This document shows, piece by piece, positions 58,050 to 64,000 of a DNA stretch of 64,000 bases. The first letter of the stretch is position 1, and every line of letters starts with the position of its first letter. The notes below the pieces were generated by a model that made no database searches, was not told the DNA's origin, and worked only from the letters and a program-made list of their open reading frames with translations. Origin of the DNA: Terrimicrobiaceae bacterium (lineage in GTDB: Bacteria; Verrucomicrobiota; Verrucomicrobiia; Chthoniobacterales; Terrimicrobiaceae). Made by a program: the position numbers and the translations under genes. The DNA is taken from contig JBIIPZ010000014.1 of NCBI GenBank assembly GCA_044342325.1, positions 1-64,000 on the forward strand. Reading direction: 5' to 3'.

Positions 58050-58310
58050 GTGACAACGACTTTACAAGCATGGGGAAACAGTCAAGGAGTGCGTCTGCCT
58101 AAAGCCCTGCTTGCGTCTTTGGACCTGAAGTCAGGAGCTGCTGTCGAAATCGAGCTAAGCTCGAAGAAAGATGCGATCATCGTGAGACCTGCGAAGTCGC
58201 CGCCGCGCGTCCGAGGTCGGCATCGCATCGAAGATCTCGTGGCGGCCATTCCGAGGGGCTACAAAACTGCCGAATTTGAGTGGGGAACAAGCGGCCGCGA
58301 GGTCTGGTAA
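58050..58310 (+). CDS. mazE: AbrB/MazE family antitoxin
   Basis: WGNSQGVRLPK, IEDLVA, EWGTSGREVW; TAATG coupling. Confidence 0.92.
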   Translation: MTTTLQAWGNSQGVRLPKALLASLDLKSGAAVEIELSSKKDAIIVRPAKSPPRVRGRHRIEDLVAAIPRGYKTAEFEWGTSGREVW

Positions 58311-58645
58311 TGACTGCTTGGATTCCGAAGCAGGGAGATTTGGTGGCGTTGGATTTCGATCCGCAGGCTGGCCATGAACAAAAAGGACGCCGTCCGGCGC
58401 TGGTAGTGAGCAAGGAGGCTTTCAACAAAGGCACCGGTATGGCGATCTGCTGTCCCATAACCAATACGGACCGGAGGATGCCTTTTCATGTTTCCATCGT
58501 AGGGCGCACATCACTAACGGGTTTCGTGATGTGCGAGCAGGTGAAGTCGCTCGATTTTCGATCGCGCGGAATGAAGCTTATTGAACAAGCTCCGCAGGAT
58601 GTGCTGGAGGATGTGCTCTCTATCATTGACGCGTCAGTGTTTTGA
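58310..58645 (+). CDS. mazF: MazF/PemK family endoribonuclease toxin
   Basis: FDPQAGHEQKGRRPALVVS, CPIT, QVKSLD. Confidence 0.95.
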   Translation: MTAWIPKQGDLVALDFDPQAGHEQKGRRPALVVSKEAFNKGTGMAICCPITNTDRRMPFHVSIVGRTSLTGFVMCEQVKSLDFRSRGMKLIEQAPQDVLEDVLSIIDASVF

Positions 58646-58658
58646 TTTCAGCAGAATT

Positions 58659-58747
58659 AACCACAACCGAGCGGAGCGAGATGGAGCGCCGAAGGCGGCC
58701 TCGCAGGGGTGAGCGAAGCGAATCAAAGGACACAGAGAGCACGGAGA
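58659..58747 (+). repeat. CACAGAG-family repeat interrupted by a GAGCG(G/A)AGCGA-bounded insert
   Basis: AACCACA..[GAGCGGAGCGAG...GAGCGAAGCGAATC]..GGACACAGAGAGCACGGAG; compare 60407-60434. Confidence 0.55.
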
Positions 58748-58832
58748 ATGAGTTATTTGCTTCGAAAAGCATCCGGTCTTTTGGGCAATCTCCAATACTC
58801 CACAAGGCATTCCTGTGAATCTTTTTTTGGGT

Positions 58833-59570
58833 TCAACCTGATTTGACGCCTGCCAAATTTGCCCACTCGAAAACCTCCTCGGTGGCAAGGGATGCTATCG
58901 CATCAAAAAGGGCTATAGCTCCATCGACGACTTTGACATTCCTGGGAGCCGCATCGGTTAGAAGAATACGGGTTTGTGGATTCATATAGGCATCCAGACT
59001 GAGTGGAAGAAAACCAAATTGTGCCAAGGCGGCATGAATTTCACTCCGTGAGGGGTTTGGAGTATTGATTACGGGTTGGCTGACACAGATGCGCGGCATC
59101 TTGAGTCTATCTTCGGGTGGAAGGAACCCCTCGAAGCGGGTTTGGTATTCACCCAGTTGGTTCAATAACATCCACCTTCTCAGGTAAAAAATTGGATCCT
59201 CGTTGATTGATCCGTGAAAGTTTTTTCCAGTTCCATCCGGATCAAATCGCGAAAAATAGGGTTGGCATCCGAAACAATCCCCGTGGGTGAGTTTGTAAAC
59301 GCGGCCCGAGTCTTCCTCCAAACGCAAGACCAGATGTTCATCTCCGCCGATCTCGTATTCTTTGTCTTGGAGCCTGCCTGCCAAGGAAGGGTTGTTTTCG
59401 GGCGAATTCAGCGCGTTCGTGAGAACCTCAAGACACCGCCTCCGAGATTCCTTCCAATCGAGCGGTGGATTTCCGCCGTGAAGCCCTTCCAACCGCCGTA
59501 GGATTTGACCCAGTCTCCGGTTTTCGGGGCTGGCATCTTCGATAAGCCGTCAGTCGATTTCAAAGGCCAT
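58833..59570 (-). pseudogene. Polyvalent-protein-type kinase domain gene with in-frame TGA at codon 7
   Basis: GGDEHLV, RVYKLT, YLRR..LN, VSQP, DAAPRNV, FD. AAGGAGG RBS 10 nt before ATG 59570; TGA at 59552-59550; frame is open from there to 58833. Confidence 0.65.
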
Positions 59571-59668
59571 GTAGATGGAACCTCCTTTTGAGAAACAGAA
59601 TTTTCAACGAGCGAATGCACAGTCCTTAACTTAATCGTCCGACAGCTTGGGGAAGTCCAATAAAAACC

Positions 59669-60397
59669 TCAGATATTACTGCCGAGGAAGGTGTGGATGC
59701 CGCACTCACTTTTGTCGAAGCCGGTCCAGCGGCCGGCGCGTTCGTTTTCGCCGTCGCCGGTGGGGCGAGTGCAGGGTTGGCAGCCGATGGAGCGGTAGCC
59801 GCGTGCGGTGAGGGCGTTCACGGGAAGGTCGTGTTTTTTGATGTAGTCTTGGACTTCGTCACGGCTCCAGGCGGCCATGGGGTTGAGCTTCACTATGTAG
59901 AGGTCGCGGAGGACATCGAAGTGGTAGAGTTCGACGATCTTTGTTTTCTCGCGTGAGTCGTTTTGCTGGCGGCGAACTCCGGTGATCCAGACATCGAGCG
60001 TGGAGAGTTTTTTTTGAAGGGGAATGACCTTGCGGAGGGAGCAGCAGAGGTCGGGCTTGGTGTTCCAAAGCTCAGGGCCAAGCTCGGCGGATTGTTGATC
60101 GACGGTTTGCTCGGGGACGAGCGGCTCGATGGTGATGCCGAAGCGTTTTTCAACGGCAGCTTTCAGGTCGAGCGTCTCGGGGAAGAGCAGGCCAGTGTCG
60201 ATCGTGAAGACGGGGAAATTCAGGCCGTTTGAGAAGGCTTCGTTCATGACGACGAGACCGGCACCTTGAAAGCTGGTGCCGATCGCGGCGCGTGTGCCGA
60301 ATTTTTCCCATGCCCAGGACAAAACCTCCCGCAGGCTGGCGGATTCCAGCTCCTCAGCCTTGCGACGGATTTCCTCGGGATCGAATTTCGACGGCAT
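59669..60397 (-). CDS. cysH: APS/PAPS reductase
   Basis: IDTGLLFPET, CC..RKV, GYRSIGCQPCT, RAGRW, ECGIH. The four Cys indicate a 4Fe-4S APS-type enzyme. Confidence 0.95.
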   Translation of the reverse strand: MPSKFDPEEIRRKAEELESASLREVLSWAWEKFGTRAAIGTSFQGAGLVVMNEAFSNGLNFPVFTIDTGLLFPETLDLKAAVEKRFGITIEPLVPEQTVDQQSAELGPELWNTKPDLCCSLRKVIPLQKKLSTLDVWITGVRRQQNDSREKTKIVELYHFDVLRDLYIVKLNPMAAWSRDEVQDYIKKHDLPVNALTARGYRSIGCQPCTRPTGDGENERAGRWTGFDKSECGIHTFLGSNI

Positions 60398-60406
60398 AAA
60401 AGATTG

Positions 60407-60499
60407 AACCACGGAGATCACAGAGGGCTCGGAGGTGAAGAAAAATCTTCTCTACCTGCCAGGCTTTACCAACTCTGTGCTCTTTCTGTCCTCTGTGGT
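60407..60499. repeat. CACAGAG-family inverted repeat pair
   Basis: AACCACGGAGATCACAGAGGGCTCGGAG (60407-34) and CTCTGTGCTCTTTCTGTCCTCTGTGGT (60473-99). Confidence 0.7.
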
Positions 60500-60505
60500 G
60501 AAAAA

Positions 60506-62488
60506 CTACAGGCTTTTTGCTGCGGCGGCGACATGGGCGGCAGTGATGCCGAGTTTTTCCATGACGATGTTGCCTGGGGCGCTGAGGCCGAAGCGGTCGA
60601 TGGCTACTGTTTTGCCGTCGAGGCCGACATAGCGGAACCACGGGTCGGAGATGCCGGCTTCGATTGAGACGCGTTTGCGGCAGGATTTCGGCAGGACGGA
60701 TTCCTTGTATTCCGCGCTCTGCGCTTCGAAGCGTTCGAAGCACGGCATGGACACGACGCGGGCGCTGGCACCGAGTTCGGCGGCGGCATTCATGGCGTGT
60801 TGGAGTTCGCTACCGCTGGCGAGGAGGATGAATTCCAGCGCGGCGGTTTCTTTTTTGGCGATGTAGCCGCCCTGGAAGGCGCCTTCGCGGCGTGTGGCGA
60901 CGGGGATGCTGTTTTGTGTGGGCAGGTTCTGGCGAGAAAGCACGAGCATCGTCGGCCCATTGGTCTTCTGGAAAGCCGCTGCGAAGGCGCCGGCGGTTTC
61001 CTCGGGGTCCGCGGGACGAATGACATCCAGGCCAGGAATGGCACGCAGGGCAGCAACGGTCTCGACAGGCTCGTGGGTCGGGCCGTCTTCTCCAACGCCC
61101 ACGGAGTCGTGAGTGAAAATGTAAACGGTCGGGAGATGTGACAGCGCAGCGAGGCGGATTGATGGACGTCCGTAATCGCTAAACACGAGGAATGTCGCAC
61201 CGCTGGCGCGGAAGATGCCGTCGTAGGCGATGCCGTTCATGATGCCGCACATGGCGTGTTCGCGGATGCCGAAGTGGAGGTTGCGTCCGGCGTGGTTGGT
61301 GCGGTTGAAGTCGCCGCCGTCCTTGATGTAGTTCAGCGTCGAGCCGTGCAGGTCTGCGCTGCCGCTGGTGACGAGTGGCATGGCGGCGCAGATCGGCTGG
61401 AGCACATCGCTGCCGGCCTTGCGGGTGGCGATATTGACGGCCGGATCAAACGGCGGGATGACATCGAGGAGGTTCGGAGTTTTTCCAGCGATGGCGTCAT
61501 CGATTTCCTTGGCCAAGTCGGCGTTGGCAGTGCGCCAAGCGGCGTAGGATTTTTCCCACGCGGCGTATTCGGCCTTGAGGGCGGCTTTGCGTTTTTCGAA
61601 ATACTCCTTGGTCTCAGGGGCGACGAAGAAGGTTTCCTCGGGTAGGCCGAGGGCTTTGCGGGATTCGGTGACAAATTTCACGCCGGCCTCGCCGTGGGCC
61701 TTGTTTGTGCCGCTGACCTCGGGAATGCCTTTTCCGATGAGCGTCTTTGCGATGATGAACTGCGGCTTTCCGCTGGTGGCGGACTTCGCTTTTTCAATGG
61801 CCTCGGCGATCTCGTGGAGGTTGTGTCCATCGATCTGGTGGACATCCCAGCCGATAGCGGCGTAGCGCGCGGCGGTGTCCTCGCTCTGCGTGACTGGGCC
61901 CATGGCGTCGAGGGTCACATTGTTGGAATCGTAAATGAGGATCAGGTTGTCGAGGCCGAGGTGGCCTGCGAGCGCGCTGGCTTCCATCGCCACGCCTTCC
62001 TGCAGGCAGCCATCACCCGCGAGTGCGATGACATGGTGGTTGAAAATGCTGTGCGCGGATGTGTTGAAACGGGCCTCGCACATTTTGGCCGAGATGGCAT
62101 AACCAACGGCATTCGACACGCCTTGGCCGAGCGGGCCTGTGGTGGCTTCGACGCCGGGTGTTTCGTGGAACTCCGGATGGCCGGGAGTGATGCTGCCGAG
62201 TTGGCGGAAATTTTTCACCTCATCCATCGAAACGCCGTATCCCGCGAGATGGAGCCAGCTGTAGAGGAACATGCTGCCGTGGCCTGCGGATAGGATGAAG
62301 CGGTCGCGATTCAGCCAGCGGGGCTCATCAGGATTGAAGCTCATGGAGGCTCCGAAGAGAACGGCTCCGATGTCCGCCGCGCCAAGTGGGAGGCCGAGGT
62401 GGCCGGATTTGCATTTCGTGACGGCGTCCATGGCCAATCCGCGTGCGTCGCGGGCGGCGATTTCGAGAGTAGCGGTGTCTAAATTCAT
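60506..62488 (-). CDS. tkt: Transketolase
   Basis: [39 protein letters not shown]. Start at ATG 62488. Confidence 0.97.
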   Translation of the reverse strand: MNLDTATLEIAARDARGLAMDAVTKCKSGHLGLPLGAADIGAVLFGASMSFNPDEPRWLNRDRFILSAGHGSMFLYSWLHLAGYGVSMDEVKNFRQLGSITPGHPEFHETPGVEATTGPLGQGVSNAVGYAISAKMCEARFNTSAHSIFNHHVIALAGDGCLQEGVAMEASALAGHLGLDNLILIYDSNNVTLDAMGPVTQSEDTAARYAAIGWDVHQIDGHNLHEIAEAIEKAKSATSGKPQFIIAKTLIGKGIPEVSGTNKAHGEAGVKFVTESRKALGLPEETFFVAPETKEYFEKRKAALKAEYAAWEKSYAAWRTANADLAKEIDDAIAGKTPNLLDVIPPFDPAVNIATRKAGSDVLQPICAAMPLVTSGSADLHGSTLNYIKDGGDFNRTNHAGRNLHFGIREHAMCGIMNGIAYDGIFRASGATFLVFSDYGRPSIRLAALSHLPTVYIFTHDSVGVGEDGPTHEPVETVAALRAIPGLDVIRPADPEETAGAFAAAFQKTNGPTMLVLSRQNLPTQNSIPVATRREGAFQGGYIAKKETAALEFILLASGSELQHAMNAAAELGASARVVSMPCFERFEAQSAEYKESVLPKSCRKRVSIEAGISDPWFRYVGLDGKTVAIDRFGLSAPGNIVMEKLGITAAHVAAAAKSL

Positions 62489-62564
62489 ATGGGATTCGTT
62501 TTTGAGCCTGCCAGAAAAGCCGCTCTGGCGGCTGATGGCAAGAGACAATCCCGTGACGATTCCG

Positions 62565-62774
62565 CTACGAAGCGGCCCGCTCGGCGCGGCGGAATTCTTC
62601 CATCTCGCGCTTGAGGGCCTTCAAAATTCTCCGCGTCGAGAGAATAAGAAAATCGATGTCTTTGCTAAACTGCGCTGCGCCGTAAAACACGCAGGCCTGG
62701 CCGCCCATAAGCAGCGCCTGAACCTGATGTTTCTGGATCGTAGAAAGGACTTGTCGGATCGGGGTCGGGATCAA
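62565..62774 (-). pseudogene. Internally deleted nucleotidyltransferase
   Basis: LLMGGQACVFYGAAQFSKDIDF jumps directly to a C-terminal-like [12 protein letters not shown]; only 69 aa. Confidence 0.7.
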
Positions 62775-62889
62775 GGCTACCTCCCATGGCTAAATATTGA
62801 GCGAAGATTTTCTCGCTTTCCCGGAAGCGCTCGAGCGGAGTGAGCTTTGCCCACTCCTGCCACTCTTCAGGCCAGTCCTCGAATTTCAT
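62665..62889 (-). CDS. Small partner protein overlapping the nucleotidyltransferase
   Basis: EWAKLTPLERFRES (antitoxin-like), GGSLDPDPD; 110-nt overlap. Confidence 0.65.
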   Translation of the reverse strand: MKFEDWPEEWQEWAKLTPLERFRESEKIFAQYLAMGGSLDPDPDPTSPFYDPETSGSGAAYGRPGLRVLRRSAV

Positions 62890-62987
62890 CGCGAGGGCAC
62901 AATAACGCGGGGGGTGTGATTGTTGAGTGGCTGCTGAACGACTCCCTCCTCGCGCGCTACAGTCCGTATTCCAATAAATCTCGGGTA

Positions 62988-64000
62988 TTACTCGTCGTCT
63001 TCATCGCTCTCGCCTTTTTTGTAGGTGAGGCCACGGAGTTTTCCTTCGATGAAGGCATCGATGTCGCCATCCATCACCGCTTGAATGTCGCCGGTTTTCA
63101 CGCCGGTGCGGAGGTCTTTCACCATCTGGTAGGGCTGGAAGACATAGCTGCGGATTTGGTTTCCCCAGGCCACATCGCCTTTCTCGCCGTATTGGCGGTC
63201 CACCTCGGCGCGCTTTTTGTCGCTTTCGATTTGGAAAAGTTTCGCCTTGAGGAGTTGGAGGGCGAGTTCGCGGTTGCGGCCTTGGCTGCGCTCAGCCTGG
63301 CAGGCAACGACGATGCCCGTGGGGATGTGCGTGAGGCGGCAGGCGGTTTCGACCTTGTTCACATTCTGCCCGCCTTTACCGCCGGCGCGGAAGGTGTCGA
63401 GCTTGATGTCCGCCTCGTTGACTTCCACTGGCACATCCTCGATTTCCGGCACGGCATCCACACTGGCAAATGATGTGTGGCGGCGCTTGTTCGAATCGAA
63501 AGGCGAGATACGAACGAGGCGGTGCACTCCGCGTTCGGTCTGCAGGTAGCCGTAGGCGTTCTGGCCAGTGACGCGCAGCGTGGCGGATTTGATGCCTGCC
63601 TCGTCGCCGAGCTGGATATCTGTGATGGCGCACTCGAGTCCGTGGCGTTCCATCCAGCGCTGATACATGCGCAGCAGCATATCGGCCCAGTCGCAAGACT
63701 CGGTGCCGCCCGCTCCGGCATTGATGGAAAGGAAGGCAGGGCAGTTATCGTAGGGCCCGGAGAGCAGGGCGGTGATCTCGAATTTATCGAGGTCTTTTTG
63801 GATCGCGGAAAATTCTGCCATCACTTCGGCGGCAGCGGCGGCTTGATTCTCCGGCGGCTCTTCCATTGAGAGTTCACGCAGAACATCAAGGTCGGCAGCG
63901 CGGGACTCCAGCGCCTGCATGGGTTGAATCTTCGAGCGCAGCGAGGATACCTCGGCGACATCGCGCTGGGCGCGTTCGCGGCTGTCCCAGAAATCCGGCT
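62988..64000 (-). CDS. prfB: Peptide chain release factor 2 (5' partial)
   Basis: [20 protein letters not shown] (SPF), [12 protein letters not shown]; frame open to the window end. Confidence 0.97.
   Translation of the reverse strand, partial: PDFWDSRERAQRDVAEVSSLRSKIQPMQALESRAADLDVLRELSMEEPPENQAAAAAEVMAEFSAIQKDLDKFEITALLSGPYDNCPAFLSINAGAGGTESCDWADMLLRMYQRWMERHGLECAITDIQLGDEAGIKSATLRVTGQNAYGYLQTERGVHRLVRISPFDSNKRRHTSFASVDAVPEIEDVPVEVNEADIKLDTFRAGGKGGQNVNKVETACRLTHIPTGIVVACQAERSQGRNRELALQLLKAKLFQIESDKKRAEVDRQYGEKGDVAWGNQIRSYVFQPYQMVKDLRTGVKTGDIQAVMDGDIDAFIEGKLRGLTYKKGESDEDDE

Noticed and set aside
59550..59552. Selenocysteine or genetic-code reassignment at the in-frame TGA
   Set aside because: Many genes here end in TGA, prfB is present, and the position is a non-catalytic N-terminus with no evident SECIS.
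63921..64000. prfB programmed +1 frameshift site
   Set aside because: It would lie beyond the window end and cannot be assessed.

Overview
A GC-rich, gene-dense bacterial chromosome segment. Gene content and repeat types suggest a Verrucomicrobiota/PVC lineage (inference). It is mostly housekeeping and metabolic: leuA, leuC, leuD, tal, tkt, gpsA, plsY, nadE, metF, cysH, corA, two crcB genes, HU and a partial prfB. Accessory loci include a porin/cellulose-synthase-like/GAF-GGDEF-EAL operon, an ACP-FAD oxidoreductase-acyl ligase-LolA lipid cluster followed by an ABC/HlyD exporter, an AraC-Rieske-USP block and a sulfatase-HAD-FGE module. Many small toxin-antitoxin-like modules, intact or decayed, and REP-like repeats sit between core genes. 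The most notable signals are: (1) an orphan, shortened flagellin-like gene (19264-19962) with a well-formed sigma28 promoter and CsrA-like leader sites; (2) a probable oriC between nadE and a DHS-like gene (about 36020-36270), with convergent DnaA-box plus trio modules and no adjacent dnaA; (3) a 120-bp inverted-repeat pair bracketing the 3.7-kb AraC/Rieske/USP block; (4) a MITE-like element (4662-5081) followed by a diverged duplicate of the EAL gene 3' end; (5) a minimal kinase-PP2C pair; (6) a kinase gene interrupted by TGA at codon 7. No rRNA, tRNA or CRISPR array was found. All family assignments come from motif recognition by eye, not database searches.
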